Positions 1 to 15,409 are shown, counted from the first letter of the stretch. The stretch: 64,000 nucleotides of DNA from Eledone cirrhosa (GCA_964016885.1 OZ024757.1:37448001-37512000), one strand, 5' to 3'. Translations and numbers: made by a program. The notes: generated from the sequence alone by a model not told the origin.

Positions 1-200
1 ATGAATTATATAATTCACTTGTACAAATGTTATAAGCATTCGGTCTTCGTTCATAAGTTACTATATATATATATATACACACACACACATATATATATAT
101 ACGTGTGTATGTGTTTGTAATTGTTTAATTCAATGACTCTATTTTGGTGTTCCAAAGGAGCCAGACAGATTATAAACCATAACCATATATATATATATAT

Positions 201-271
<71 letters not shown>

Positions 272-314
272 CATATATATATATATACATACATATATAT
301 ATATATACACATAC

Positions 315-432
<118 letters not shown>

Positions 433-458
433 ACATATATATACATACATATATATAT

Positions 459-519
<61 letters not shown>

Positions 520-1045
520 TACATACATATATATATATATATACATTCATATATACATATATATATACATGTATATATATAGAGAGAGACACACACATTT
601 ATATATATATATACACACACACAGATGCACACATACCCCCACACATGCATTAACTATATGGCTGTTACGAATGAGAATCTAAGCCACACAGAAACTATAT
701 AATGGAATGACTTTCCCTACTAACATAATTCAAAAGGTTTACTATAATGGCATTTAAATATTACCTTATCACTTTAACATTGCCAGATTAATGCAATAAT
801 TTAGTAGGACGCTGTTAGAAGATTCACCAACATTAATATATGAATGTATCTTCTTTTGATGCTGGTCTATTGATCATTATGGAAGTTGTTATTAAATTAT
901 GACCTACTATAATAATAATAATGATGGTTATAATTAATTTTATTTACTAATTGGCTCAAATAGTAATTTCTTCCAAAATTTGAGTGTGATTGAATATAAT
1001 ATATATATATATATATATTGCTATCATAATAGACTGATTTTTAAC

Positions 1046-1140
<95 letters not shown>

Positions 1141-1167
1141 TATATATATATATATATATATATATAC

Positions 1168-1202
<35 letters not shown>

Positions 1203-1229
1203 TATATATATATATATATATATATATAC

Positions 1230-1264
<35 letters not shown>

Positions 1265-1287
1265 TATATATATATATATATATATAC

Positions 1288-1372
<85 letters not shown>

Positions 1373-1384
1373 ATATATATATAC

Positions 1385-1427
<43 letters not shown>

Positions 1428-1454
1428 TATATATATATATATATATATATATAC

Positions 1455-1495
<41 letters not shown>

Positions 1496-1547
1496 TATAT
1501 ATATATATATGTACATATATATATATTTGTGTATCTATATATATATT

Positions 1548-1584
<37 letters not shown>

Positions 1585-1593
1585 CTCTCTCTC

Positions 1594-1636
<43 letters not shown>

Positions 1637-1648
1637 ATTTATATATAT

Positions 1649-1689
<41 letters not shown>

Positions 1690-1921
1690 CATACATATAT
1701 ACACACACGTGTGTATATATGTGTATCCCCGCCTCTGTATTTAAGGCCTGTGACTTTGTCACCATCTTCATTGTGGTTGTTGTTGTTGCTACTGGCATTA
1801 TCCATCATGTACTTTCTACCACACACGCACATTTCTCCATGCATTACCTGTTTGGTATTGAGTACTACAATGTCATTGAGTTCTGACAATCGAAGGTTCA
1901 ATTCCCATCTTTGTCTTGCAG

Positions 1922-1988
1922 CATTTCCATGGAGCTGACAAACCACTGGAATATCCTCAACAAGGAGATATTGAAACAGCAGAAGCAC
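1922..1988 (+). CDS. MAP3K7: MAP3K7/TAK1-like exon just after the kinase domain ([22 protein letters not shown])
   Basis: Acceptor tttgtcttgcag, donor gtaagt; matches recalled human TAK1 YFPGADEPLQYP, which also starts a phase-0 exon; ends phase 1. Kinase exons would lie upstream of the window. Confidence 0.85.
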
Positions 1989-2254
1989 GTAAGTTGTTTT
2001 ATATATCTTTATATACACTAGCTGGCCCTGTGCCATCAAAATTAATAGCTAATTGTAGTATCTATACATAATATAAAAAAAAGAAGAGATGTTTGTTGGA
2101 TGGTTGGTCGGTTGGTTCCTTTGTGCTTCCTCACAGATCTGATAGAAACACACAAATGCACAGCTGTGACGAATCTTAGAACTCTGTACTTCTATAGTTT
2201 CTCACAAACCCCTCTTTCCTCAGTCATCACATAGATGTATGTCTATTAGACACC

Positions 2255-2535
2255 CCATCCTTCCTCAGTCGACGTAATTACCCCCACCTTCCTCAGTCGA
2301 AGTAATCACCCCTTCTTTCCTCAGTCAACGTAATCACCCCTTCTGCCTCGGTCGACGTAAACCCCTTCCTCAGTCGACGTAATCACCCCTTCTTTCCTCA
2401 GTCAACGTAATCACCCCTTCTGCCTCGGTCGACGTAAACCCCTTCCTCAGTCAACGCAATCACCCCTTCTGCCTCGGTCGACGTAAACCCCTTCCTCAGT
2501 CGACGTAAACCCCTTCCTCAGTCAACGTAACCATC
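2255..2535. repeat. Minisatellite, about 21-26 nt unit (ccttcctcagtcgacgtaatcacc)
   Basis: Visible tandem repetition. Confidence 0.85.
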
Positions 2536-2781
2536 CCTACAAGATTGGTTAGGTGACCGTGTCTCGCTCGTATAGAACTGTTTCTGGAGGTTTTCTATGG
2601 CTGGATGCCCTTCCTAACACCAACCACATTTACAGTGGATGCTTTTTTTTGTCGTGTCACCTACATGGCCAATTTACAGTGTGGACTGGGTGCTTTTTGT
2701 CGTGACACCTACACAACCTACACGATCACTTTACAGTGTGGACTGGGTGTTCTGTGGTACCAACTCAACCTTACATATACA

Positions 2782-3214
2782 TCTATATTACTAAAACAGT
2801 GATTGTCTGTACAATCACTAAAACTCGAGAACCACCCAACCGATTGTTTTAAAATTTTACATGTGTAATACTTAAGGTCCTATTGAGTGTTCTGAGCAAA
2901 AATAATTTAAAATGTTCAATGCCTTTTAGGCGATTTAGCGATCTCTTTCTCTCTCCCTTAGTCTTTCTCTTTTTAGATAGATACATAGATATTACGTTGC
3001 ACCCTTATAATATCTGGCTGTCTGCATTACGTCATTATGGCGCTGTTTGTGTGTAGTGTGTATGTACATATAGTGTGTGTATATATATATATATACATAG
3101 TGTGTAACGTTTTTCAAAATATTTACTTTTGCGTTCACAGATTTATTATTTTAGTTTCGGAAGATCCTGTTAAGGGTGAAAGCAGCGATTCTTTGCTTAA
3201 ACTTTAATCTGTTA

Positions 3215-3256
<42 letters not shown>

Positions 3257-3402
3257 TATATTCGTGTACAGATATTTTTGCATACACAATAACAAAATAT
3301 AAACAAACGTATTTACTTAACGAGGCTCGAGAAGGATAAATATATATAAAATATATAAGAACCCTAGTGCAAATCCCGAGCAATGCCGGGCCATTCTGCT
3401 AG
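2782..3402 (+). mobile_element. Non-autonomous Helitron-like element
   Basis: 5' TCTATATTACTAAAA start; 3' hairpin cccgagcaatgccggg followed by CTAG|T terminus. Confidence 0.6.
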
Positions 3403-3487
3403 TATAGACTAAAATAGAATTATTTCAGTCATATTTTCTGATAAAAAATAACTCAATTACAGCGTTAAATCTATATTATATACTATA

Positions 3488-3920
3488 GTGGTGGTGGTGG
3501 TGGTGGTGGTGGTAATGGTGGTAGTTGAGGTCATGGTGGTGGTGATGGTAGTTGACTCCATGGTTGTGGTGGTGGTAATGGTAGTGGTAGTTGAGGTCAT
3601 GGTGGTGGTGATGGTGGTGGTGATGGTAGTTGACTCCGTGGTTGTGGTGGTGGTAATGGTAGTGGTAGTTGAGGTCATGGTGGTGGTGATGGTGGTGGTG
3701 ATGGTAGTTGACTCCGTGGTTGTGGTGGTGGTAATGGTAGTGGTAGTTAAGGCTATGGTGGTGGTGATGGTTGTTGACTCTGTGGTAATGGTAGTGGTAG
3801 TTAAGGCTATGGTGATGGTAGTTGTAGCTGATGCTGTAGTGATGGTAGTTGAATCTGAGGTAGTGATGGTGGTAATGGTAGTGCTAGTTGAGGCTATGGT
3901 GGTCGTTGTGGTACAGTGAT
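3488..3920. repeat. (GTG/ATG/GTA) trinucleotide-based repeat
   Basis: Visible; explains the poly-Val and poly-Thr ORFs. Confidence 0.85.
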
Positions 3921-4139
3921 GGTTCTACTGTCTGAAATAATTGCACTTCATATATTATATTTACAAACGAAATCTCAATATTATGTGAAGCCTCCTTAGA
4001 CTGGAGTTGTAGCAGTTATAATGAGAAGTTTCCATTGGAATTTTTAACCCTTTCTTTAACAAATTCTTAATCAAAAATACACTTTGTGTCTCAAATAATT
4101 CTAACAATAACCAAGAATTTAGATGGCTTTAGCAATGCA

Positions 4140-4940
4140 GTGGCTACATGTTTTGCAAGGAACACTACATGTCTTGCAAGGATAGCTACATGCTTTGTAA
4201 GGACCACTACATGTTTTGCAAGGAACACTACATGGTTTGTAAGGATGGCCATGTGTGTTTTGTAAGGATGACCACTACATGTTTTATAATGGTTGCTACA
4301 TGTTTTGTATGGAACACTACATGTCTTGCAAAGATAGCTACGTTTTGTAAGGATAGCTACATGTTTTGTAAGGATAGCTACATGTTTTGCAAGGAACACT
4401 ACATGTCTTGTAAGAATAGCTACATGTTTTGTAAGGATGGCTACGTGTGTTTTGTAAGGATGACCACTACATGTTTTATGAGCACCACTACATATTTTGT
4501 AAGGATGGCTCCATGTTTTGTAAACTTGACTACATGTTTTGTAATGGTTGCTCCATGTTTTGTAAGATTAGCTACATGTTTTGTATGGACCACTCCATAT
4601 GTTTTGCAAGGATAGCTACATTTTTTGTAAGGATGTCCACATGTTTTGAAGGATGGCTACATGTTTTGTAAGGATCACTACATTTTTTAAAAAAACTGCT
4701 ACATGTTTTGTAAGAACTGCTACATCTTTTGTAAGAACTGCTACATGTTTTGTAAGGATACCTACATGTTTTGTAAAGCTACCTACATGTTTTGTAAGGA
4801 TAACTACATGTTTTTTAAGGATAGCTACATTTTTTTGTAAGAACCACTATATGTTTTGTAAGGATGTCCACATGCTTTCCAAGGACCATGACATGCTTTG
4901 AAGGATGGCTACATGTTGTAAAGGTGGCTACATGTTGCTG
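4140..4940. repeat. Minisatellite, about 21 nt unit (ctacatgttttgtaaggatag)
   Basis: Several dozen degenerate tandem units. Confidence 0.9.
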
Positions 4941-5194
4941 TGTCCAATGTTAATATTAATACAGCTTTAATTGTGTTAGACTGTTGCACTGACAGCTTTT
5001 CCTGCCGTTTCTTCATCTTCTGTGTTCACTGCTAATTAACAAGTGGGTTTTAGAACTCATTTGTTAAGTGATGGGGAGGTTGGAGAGAAAGAAACGGGAA
5101 GGAGAGAAAGATAGAGATATAGAGGGTGTGTGTGAGAGAGAAGGGAGAGGGCGATATAGATGGTGTGAGGGGGTGATAGAGATGTAGTTGGTGT

Positions 5195-5241
<47 letters not shown>

Positions 5242-5949
5242 TAAGAAATGGTGAAGGTGAGAAAAATAGAGGCATAGAGGGTGTGTGTGTGTGAAAGAGA
5301 GAGAGATGGAGAGGGAGATATAGATGGTGTGTGAGAGAGAGAGGAGAGACAGACAAAGTGTGTAAAGTGACAGAAAAAGAGAGCGTGTGAAAGTGTGAAA
5401 GAAAGAAAGAGAGCGTGTGAGAGTGTGAAAGAAAGAGAGAGAGGTAGATAGAAAAGGCATGTGAGTGAGAGAAAGAGATATAGAAGTAAAGATAGAGAGA
5501 GTGTAAGAGAAAGTGTGATAGAGAGATAGAGATAGTGAGAGAGAGAGTGAGAGTGTGAGGGAGAGATATATAGAGAGAGTAAGTAAGACAGAGAGAGAGG
5601 GGGAGAGAGAAATAAAGAAGAGAGTGCAAGATAGAGAGAAAGTGTGATGGAGAGACAGAGAAAGTATGTGTGTGAGAGAGAAGCCAGTGTAATTATTGTT
5701 AATGAGTGAGTTTTAATAATATTTCCTTCTGTTAATATTATTATATGTGTTTGTTGTTCTCTGTTGCTAACATAGTTTAGAGTTGTTTCAAAATAATTGA
5801 AATATTTTCTTTAAATTATTGAAAACTTTTGGGCTTTGAAATATTCAAAAATAAGAAATAAAACAAAAAAATGTGTTTATATTTTTCTACCACATTACAA
5901 GATGACTGTCTTAAAAAATATATACAACCTGTTCTGTTATTGTCTCACA

Positions 5950-6885
5950 TTAACCTTTTAACCCTTACATTACTCTAGATTTACTATTGTATTTTCATGG
6001 TAAAGGCTTTACCTCGCATAATATCTCACATAATATTTACATTACTCTATACTATTGTATTTTCATGGTAAAGGCTTTACCTCATAATATCTCACATAAC
6101 ATTCGCATTACTCTATATATACTATTGTATTTTCACAGTAAAGGCTTTACCTCACATAATATCTCACATAATATTTACATTACTCTATGTATACTATTAT
6201 ATTTTCATGGTAAAGGCTTTACCTCACATAATATCTCACATAACATTTACATTACATTATATTACTATTGTATTTTCACAGTAAAGGCTTTACCTCACAT
6301 AATATCTCACATAGCATTTACATTACTCTATATATACTGTTGTATTTTCATGGTTGTGAAGGCGTATGGCTGAATGGTTAGAGAATTGGATTCACAATCG
6401 TGAGATGATTTCGATTCCCAGACCGGTCGATGTGTTATGTCCTTGAGCAAGACACTTTATTTCACATTACTCCATCTACCTGGAGTTGCAACCAACAGAT
6501 AGTATTAGCAATTGGAAAGATCTATGGAAACATTGTTTCCTCAGTCCGATTTGATGAGGTCCACCTTACTTGTTAAGCGAATGAGGTCTGGGATCTAGTT
6601 GATCGGCTGTTGATTTTCATGGAAAAGGCTTTACCTCACATAAATATCTCACATAATATCGAATCTATGAGATTTTGATATTTATTTTGAAAACAATACC
6701 TTAACATCAGTACGAGTGGCCAGTTACAGCCGGTTTGAACAGAAAGAGGTAAAAAAATTCTGGCCAGATACAGCCGGTTTGAACAGAAAGAGGTGAGAGA
6801 ATTCTGGCTAGATACAGCCGGTTTGAACAGAAAGAGGTGACAGAATTCTGGCCGGATATGGCCAGTTTAAATGCTAAAGTGTTAA
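5950..6885 (+). mobile_element. TTAA (piggyBac-like) MITE with internal tandem duplications and a nested tRNA-SINE (about 6358-6600)
   Basis: MITE body shared with other copies, ends aatgctaaagtgttaa; interrupted by a SINE head. Confidence 0.7.
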
Positions 6886-7110
6886 CCTTTTAATTGCTAT
6901 ATCTCTGTTGAAAGAAATTCTCTTTTACCTTTATATTCTTATACTGGTTTCAGTCGTTAGACTCTGGCCTAGCACAGGTAAAATCAAACTGTTCCTTGCA
7001 ACATTTATATGGCAGTTCTTGCTGTGTAAAGTTCCTGGTTTTGAATTCAGATAGAAACCTGAGCAGAGCCAACATAGGTTAAACAACTACTACTATTAAT
7101 TATGTGGTGT

Positions 7111-7141
<31 letters not shown>

Positions 7142-7265
7142 ACCAGGTCTGAACACAAAGGAACCAAACTCCCACCGTCACTGCCTCTGTCTCTCTCCAT
7201 CTCTCATTATTATGAGCTAATACATACACACATACATACACATACACACATAGATGCATACACAA

Positions 7266-7296
<31 letters not shown>

Positions 7297-7646
7297 TACA
7301 TACGTACATAGACACATCTACATACACACACACACACCTACACACATACCTACACAAACACACACATACCTACACAAACACACACAGACCTACACAGACT
7401 TACACACACCTACACAGACACACCTACATACACACACACCTACACACATACACACCCATACGTACCTACACAAACACACCTACACAGACCTACACACACC
7501 TACACAAACACACACACCTACATACACACACACACACACAGCTACCAAAGTGATGTACAGCCTCTTTAACCAATTTTAACAATACATCAACTTAGATTCA
7601 ATAAGCAGATGTAAAGACCTAGAATACACATCCCCTGAGCTATAAG

Positions 7647-7682
<36 letters not shown>

Positions 7683-7929
7683 GCAACATCATTTACAATA
7701 ATAGCTGTCATGTACACTAGTTCCTCTTTAGTATCTTCGACAAACCATCTTTCTAGCAGGAGGCTGCACAAAACTTTACCAAAGGTAAGAAAAGAAACTT
7801 CAGAAACTTATTGAAACTTCCATTTAAAAAAAAAAAACAATTTTCTTTTCTTTCTGGAGATTATATCAACTGATATAGACATACATCTCTTAGATGTATG
7901 TCTATATCAGGAATGATGGGTGCTGGGAA

Positions 7930-8185
7930 GGAGAGAGACGTACATCTAGGTGGATGCTGGGAATGATAGAGACGTACATCTAGGTGGATGCTGGGAAGGC
8001 TAGAGACGTACATCTAGGTGGATGCTGGGAAGGCTAGAGACGTACATCTAGGTGGATGCTGGGAATGATAGAGACGTACATCTAGGTGGATGCTGGGAAG
8101 GCTAGAGACGTACATCTAGGTGGATGCTGGGAAGGCTAGAGACGTACATCTAGGTGGATGCTGGGAAGGCTAGAGACGTACATCT
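7930..8185. repeat. 34-bp minisatellite, about 7 copies
   Basis: Unit agacgtacatctaggtggatgctgggaaggctag. Confidence 0.9.
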
Positions 8186-8264
8186 GGCGTCATGCAGTAA
8201 TACAGAAGGCCCGACTCCCCACGGGTGCAAGCCAAAGCTGAAGCATATAGACAAGATGTTCCCA

Positions 8265-8490
8265 CCCACTTCCACTGCAAAGTGGTCATGTAGGTGCCAT
8301 GGAAAAAAAGCAGCCAGCACTCACTGTAAATGAGGTTGGTGTTAGGAAGGGCATCCAGCTGTAGAAATCAAGCCAGAATCAGTTCTATATTAGCAAGACA
8401 TGGTTACCTGACCTGACATTTCCCACAACAGGACAACCTGTCTAACCCATGCTAACATGGAAGAACAGACGTAAAACTGATGATGATGAT
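8265..8490 (+). mobile_element. SINE 3' part (ggtgttaggaagggcatccagctgtagaaa family, (GAT)n tail)
   Basis: Same motif recurs near 2540-2765(-), 12935-13110(+), 23915(+), 24030-24230(-), 34632-34900(-), 44700-45075(+). Confidence 0.75.
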
Positions 8491-8789
8491 CTATGTGGGT
8501 ACTGGGAATGAGAGATGTACATCTAAGTGGGTGGTGGGAAGAAGTCTTGGACATGAAATAAAATTAAAAAAAAGATGAAACAAACAAGTAATACTGCTGT
8601 AGTAATGATGGCTGAGAGATTAAAGTTAAAATTGGATTTGTTGTTGTTGTTGTGTCTTGTGTTTGTGGTGTTGTGCTTGTCGTTGTTGTTTCTCTGCATG
8701 TGTGTAGGTGTATTTGTGCCTCTGTTGTGTTGTTGTTTGTAACTTATGTATCAGTCTATCTATCTATCAAGTTCCCATACTAGTTATGT

Positions 8790-9032
8790 TTAACCATTTA
8801 GCATTTACATTACTCTATATATACTATTGAATTTTTGTGGTGAAGGCTTTATCTCAATTATGTGAGATAATATAATTATCTCACATAATATTGAATCTGT
8901 GAGATTTTGATATTATGTATTTTGAGAACAGTATCTTAACTTCAGTATGAGTGGCTAGTTATGGCTGATTTAAACAGAAAGAGGTGAGAGAATTCTGGCT
9001 GGATATGGCCAGTTTAAATGCTAAAGGGTTAA
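8790..9032 (+). mobile_element. TTAA-flanked piggyBac-like MITE, full-length copy
   Basis: TTAA-cc(a)tttagcattta ... taaatgctaaaggg-TTAA terminal inverted repeats. Confidence 0.8.
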
Positions 9033-9404
9033 AAAGCACTAATATATTTACCTAAGTTTTAACATCATCTTCTTCAAAATAGTCCCCTTGCACAATAATA
9101 CACCGTTCCAAGCATTCCTGCCACTTTCAGAATCAAGACATGCTTTTGATTTGTTTGATTCCTAGACTGGGTAGTGTGTTGTGTTCTTGAGTAAACCATT
9201 TCATTTCTTGTTGCTCCAGCATACTCAGCTAGAAAATGAGTACCAGTAATAGCTGGGGGATTAACCCTTTGATGGACAGGGGGAAGTCTTTGTACTCTCA
9301 GTCACTTAATGCCATGGCAATCAGGCTAAGTACTGGCCTGATGAGCCTTCAGTGGTGGTGGCAGTGAAACGGGGGGAGGGATAAAGAGAGAAAGGAGAGA
9401 AAGA

Positions 9405-9915
9405 ACCACAGTACACCACACTGCACCATACCATACCACACCACAGTACATTACACCACATCACACCACACCACAGTACATTACACCACATCACACTACA
9501 CCACACTACATTACACCACACTACACCACACCACAGTACATTACACCACACCACATTACACCACACCACATTACACTACACCACACCACAGTACATTACA
9601 CCACACTACACTACACCACACAACACTACACTACACCACACTACACTACACTACAGCACACTACACCACACCACACCACACTACACCACACCACACTACA
9701 CCACACTACACCACACCACACTACACTACACCACCACACTATCATACACCACACTACACCACACCACAGTACACCACACCACACTACAGTACACCACACC
9801 ACACTACAGTACACCACACCACACTACACTACACCACACTACACCACACTACAGTACACCACACTACAGTACACCACACCACACCACAGTACACTACACC
9901 ACACTACACCACACC
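9405..9915. repeat. Pentanucleotide satellite (ACACC/ACACT)n
   Basis: Visible. Confidence 0.9.
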
Positions 9916-10977
9916 ATTCCTCTTCAAGTAACATTTAAAGAATGTCTAGCCATTTCTAAGAATGAAGTAGAACCATATTTTCAAATTTTTTTTACCATAG
10001 ACAGAACACATTTTTACATTAGTCAACTATCAACTACCCTCCCCCACAAACTGACCCACCCTCTCCCACACAACCCCCTCACCAGCCAGCTCTCCACCCA
10101 CACACCCTATATAACAACTTTCAGTCAAATAATATAAATTTAACCCCCACCCCCAATACTGTACCAGTTAAAAGCTAAGTTTCCGAAGTAAGTGATTTTC
10201 AGGTATATTTAAAAAAAAAAATTTTGGGGGGGAGGGGTGGGGAGTTCTTACGGCTGTGATATCTCTGTAGCTACTTTAGTTCTTCTTTCTTTCTCTCTTT
10301 TTTTCTTTCTTTTTCTTTCTTTCTTTGCTTTCTTTATCTTAGTTGAAAATGTTTTTTCTCTTTTTTCTCTTTGTGTCTATATCATTTTTTAAAGTTTTAC
10401 ACACACACACACACCAATATACGCACACACATTTATATATATATATAATATCTATATAGCATTTATATAATATATATACAATACATTTACATAAATATAT
10501 ATATATATGCATTTATATAATATACATAAATTTAATACATTTACATTTATATATAACACATTTACATATATATAATACATTTACACACATATATATATAT
10601 ATATATATATAACATGTACACCCACACTTCTGTCATTTTCCCCACCCTATACAGTAATATATATATACACACCGAAATATATATATCTATATATATATAT
10701 ATATAACTCTGTTAAGTATAGAAGTATTTTTCAAAGTGTTAAGTTTTTCAATGAAATTAAAGTGACCAGTCACCCTTTACCAGTTAGTACAGTTTTACAT
10801 AATTTCCATTAGTGGTTATATTGGCACTAATTTCATAGAGTATTGGGGGGATGGCAGTGAGCAAAAGGATTGGGAGGCTACTATAGATATGTGTGTGTGT
10901 ATATATATATCTGTGTATAATGTGTGAGTATATCATCATCATCGTTTAAAGTCTAGATGATGATGATATATATATAT

Positions 10978-11019
<42 letters not shown>

Positions 11020-11241
11020 GCCGATTGCTACTTCTTGTCTGAAGAGTGTTAACCTTTCATTGAACATGGCATGATCATGTGTGTATGTGTATATATATAT
11101 ATATATATACATATATATACATATATATACATACACATCTCTCTCTCTATATATATATATTAGATATATACATAGATACATGCATATATATATATATATA
11201 GAGAGATAGATAGATACATACACACACACATATATAAAGAT

Positions 11242-11274
<33 letters not shown>

Positions 11275-11747
11275 GATAGATACATACACACATACACACA
11301 CACATATATAAAGATACACTCACACACACATATATATATATATATATATAGATACATACACACAGATATATATAAAGATACATACACACACACACACACA
11401 TATATAAAGATACATATACACACACACACACATATATAAAGATACATACACACACACACAGACATATATATATATATATATATATGCATATATATATCAA
11501 TAGGTAGATATATATATATATATATAATATGTAGAATAAAGACTCACCCATGAGAATAAAAGGTATAAAACGAAAGAGGTATAATTTCGAAAGAGAAGCC
11601 ATCATCATTAACTAGAAAATGATATTATATGTCTAGAAAGTAAATTACACTATCAATTATTAATTATTGAAAACCGATAAATGATAAATTCTTGATTATA
11701 GAACATACTGACAGCATACACATGTACATATACATACATATATAGAT

Positions 11748-11817
<70 letters not shown>

Positions 11818-11902
11818 GTATATATATATGTATATATATATTTATATGTATATATGTATGTATATGCATATATATACTTATATATATATTTATATGTATA
11901 TG

Positions 11903-12240
11903 GAGGCACATGGCTTAGTGGTTAGAGCATTGGCCTTGCAATCGAAAGGTTGTGAGTTCAATTCTCAGACCGAGTGATGTGTTGTGTCCTTGCGCAAGAC
12001 ACTTTATTTCACATTGCTCCAGTTAACTCAGCTGTAGAAATGAGATGATAGGGACTGGGGTCCCTATCATTCCACTGCAAAGTGGACTTGTAGGCGCCAC
12101 GGAAAAAAAAGCAGCCAGCACTCACTGTAAATGAGGTTGGTGTTAGGAAGGGCATCCAGCTGTAGAAATCAAGCCAGAATCAGTTCCCGTCCCACCCTTG
12201 CAAGCAGGGAAAAGCGGACGTAAAATGATGATGATGATGA
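11903..12240 (+). mobile_element. Composite tRNA-derived SINE (CORE-like segment plus (GAT)n tail)
   Basis: A box tggcttagtggttag, B box gttcaattc, tgtccttgcgcaagacact core; inverted copy at 56372-56670. Confidence 0.8.
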
Positions 12241-13971
12241 TATATATGTATATATATATGTGTATATGTATGTATATATATATATATATATGTGTATATA
12301 TATGTGTATATATATGTATATATATATATGTATATATATGTTTATATATATGTGTATATGTATGTATATATGTGTATATGTATGTACGTGTATATGTATA
12401 TATGTGTATATATATATATATGTATGAATATATATGTATATATATATATATATGCATATATATATATATGCATGTAAGTATACATGTGCATGTATATGTG
12501 CATATATATATATAAGTATGTGCATATATATATATATATATATAAATGCCTTCTACAAGACTAGAACTGTTTAATTCGGGAGAAATAGAAACAGTTCTAG
12601 TCCCGTAGAAGCCATTTCTATATTAAATATTTATACTCTGCTTTGTATTGAGTACCTTACTTACTGTGGTTACCCCCAATCGAACCCGGGATAAACTTAT
12701 ACAAAAATGTTTTTAGATATTTTCTGCTAATTTATCAGAAAATGTCTTGAAAAGGGAAAACAAAAGAAACAAAAAACACATAAAAAATGGTATGAAAAAT
12801 TACAATTTCTAATTATCTGCAAATTTTCATAACGATCAGTCCAGTAGTTAACATACTATAATTATATTTTCACAATAGTCTGTCTAGTAGTAAAGATATT
12901 ATAAATATTTTAATTAACAAACGTGTGTAGTCTATGCTGTAAATGTGGTTGGTGTTAGGGAGGACATCCAGCTGTAGAAGCCAAGCCAGAAACAGCTCTG
13001 TTTGAGCAAGACATGGTCATCTGATTTCTGACTTGTCTGAAAATGTGACAACTCATCTAACTCATACTTCTGTAGAAACATGGATGTTAAACAGTGATGA
13101 TGATAACGATGATTCTAAATATTTTCTGCCTGCTAAATCATTAGCGAATGTGTTGAGTTAATTAGCATTATCGCTAACCTAACGATCTGATTCCACTAAA
13201 TGAATGTCACAAGAAACATGAAATATTAAATGTTAGATTCTTCTCTCCTCACATCTGTTGAACTTATTAAATTCTTTCTGGAATATTCTAACAAACATTG
13301 AGCCATTAACTTTTCAGCTCTAATTTATTTTATTTTTATCTCTGTCTTGTCTTTTCTTCATTTCATGTTCTTCTCTCTTCACCCCCACCTCTCTCCTGGC
13401 CCCATGTACTTAATCAAACCAAGTTAAGCCCCTCTCCTCTCTCGTCCCCTTATACTAAATCAAACCAAGCTAAGCTCCTCCCCTCCTCTGCTCGGTCCCC
13501 CTATACTAAAACCAAGCCAAACCAAGCTCAGCTCAGCTCAACTCAACTCACACTATCCATCTTTCATTTTCTTGCATGTCCACAGAGTTTCAAAAAACTA
13601 TTTCGTGACCATCTTTCAAAAATTTTTATTTTTTTTTTTCATTTTATTTCATTTAGTTGAAAATTGTATTTTTTCGTCCCCCACTCTCTCTCTCTCTTAT
13701 ATGTATATATATGTATATATGTACATATATATATATATGTATATATATATCTATATGTATATATATATATGTATATATATGTATATATGTACATATATGT
13801 ATATGTATATATATATATATGTATATATATGTACATATATGTATATATATCTATATGTATATATATATCTATATGTATATGTATGTATATATGTATATAT
13901 GTACATATATGCATATATATATGTATATATATGTATATATGTACATATATGTATATATATATCTATATGTG

Positions 13972-14024
<53 letters not shown>

Positions 14025-15409
14025 GTTTTATTTTATTTCAATGTCTTATCTTTTCTAAATGGTGATTAATGCTACTGTCCTCCTCATGATAGCGTGTATC
14101 ATAGAGGTGACCCCTTGTTGCAAGTTTTACAGCACACCCATGTAATTTGCTGCACATTTGCGTGTGCAGACATTTCTCTCACTCTCTCTTTTTTTCTTTC
14201 TTCTTCCCAGGATTCTTTTTGAAAAATGATAAAAATTAACAAGAATGAATAAATAAATAAAAACCCCCCAAAATATCAGCGACAAATAAAAAAAAAATAA
14301 CTTAAAAGAAAAGATAAGGAAAAATAAAGCCCAGAAAATTTTGACATTTCTTGAAATAAAATGAAATGGATAAATAATAATAATAATAATAATAATAATT
14401 AGTAATGATAGTGATATAATATATTGAGAGAAAAAAAATTTTAACATTTGAAAATTCTCTTGATAAAATATATTTCAAACACACATACACACCTGTTTGT
14501 ATATACAGGCTTTCATATGCCTACACACATATATACACACAACTGCCTGCACAGACATACATTCACACATGCACACAAACATACATATTTACACACATGC
14601 ATGCACACACACACACACATACATGCGCATTCACACATGCACACACACATTCACACACATGCCTGCACAGACACATATTCACGCATACATATACACCTGT
14701 CTGCACACATACACACATTCACGCATGCACAGACACAGACACACACACACATATACAAGCATGCACATTCACGCATGCACATTCACGCAGACACACACAA
14801 GCGCACACACACACACACACATTCACGCATGCACAGACACCTATCTGCATAGACACACATTCACACATAAGCACACACACACACATAAACACACACATAC
14901 ACACAGAAGTCCATACACACATACACCCAAAATAACAGATCTTTTTTGGTTCTTTTTTGTTAGATATATTACTTGAGGAAGTTGATGATTTCTGATGTTG
15001 GAATAGAAGCTCGTTAGAAAAATATGAAAATATTCCTGATATTCCTGGTATTCCTGGTATATTCTGGTATTCCTGGTATTCCTGGTATTCCTGGTATATT
15101 CTGGTATTCCTGGTATATTCTGGGAGGGCTTTAGCTATGTAAATCAGTTGAAATAGATCCAGTGTTGGAAGGCACTGCTTGTTGTTGTTGATGGTGGTGG
15201 TGGTGTTGTTGGTGGTATTGGTGGTGGTGTTGTTGTTGTTGTTGTTCTTCTTCTTCTTCTTTTTCTTCTTCTTCTTCTTCTTCTTCTTCTTCTTTTTCTT
15301 CTTCTTCCATCATTCACTGTTCTATAGAGAAATATTGATTTTATTTTCCCATGGACCAGACTCTTATTTACCCCTAAACAGAAATTTAAACAAAAAAAAT
15401 TTCCCTTTT

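Noticed and set aside
858-902. CWSID and MEVVIKL reads resembling the end of the TAK1 kinase domain
   Set aside because: Different frames, missing the RPS motif, in-frame stops and no acceptor AG; probably coincidence.
1386-2039. 217-aa antisense ORF over the first TAK1 exon
   Set aside because: Half is microsatellite; the rest is the antisense shadow of a well-supported + exon.
7732-7784. Exon-like segment with ctttag acceptor and gtaaga donor
   Set aside because: 53 nt would shift the frame between the phase-1 neighbours, and I found no compensating exon or homology.
15131-15330. Minus-strand poly-E/Q/H ORF
   Set aside because: Trinucleotide repeats; the nearby acceptor does not join this frame.
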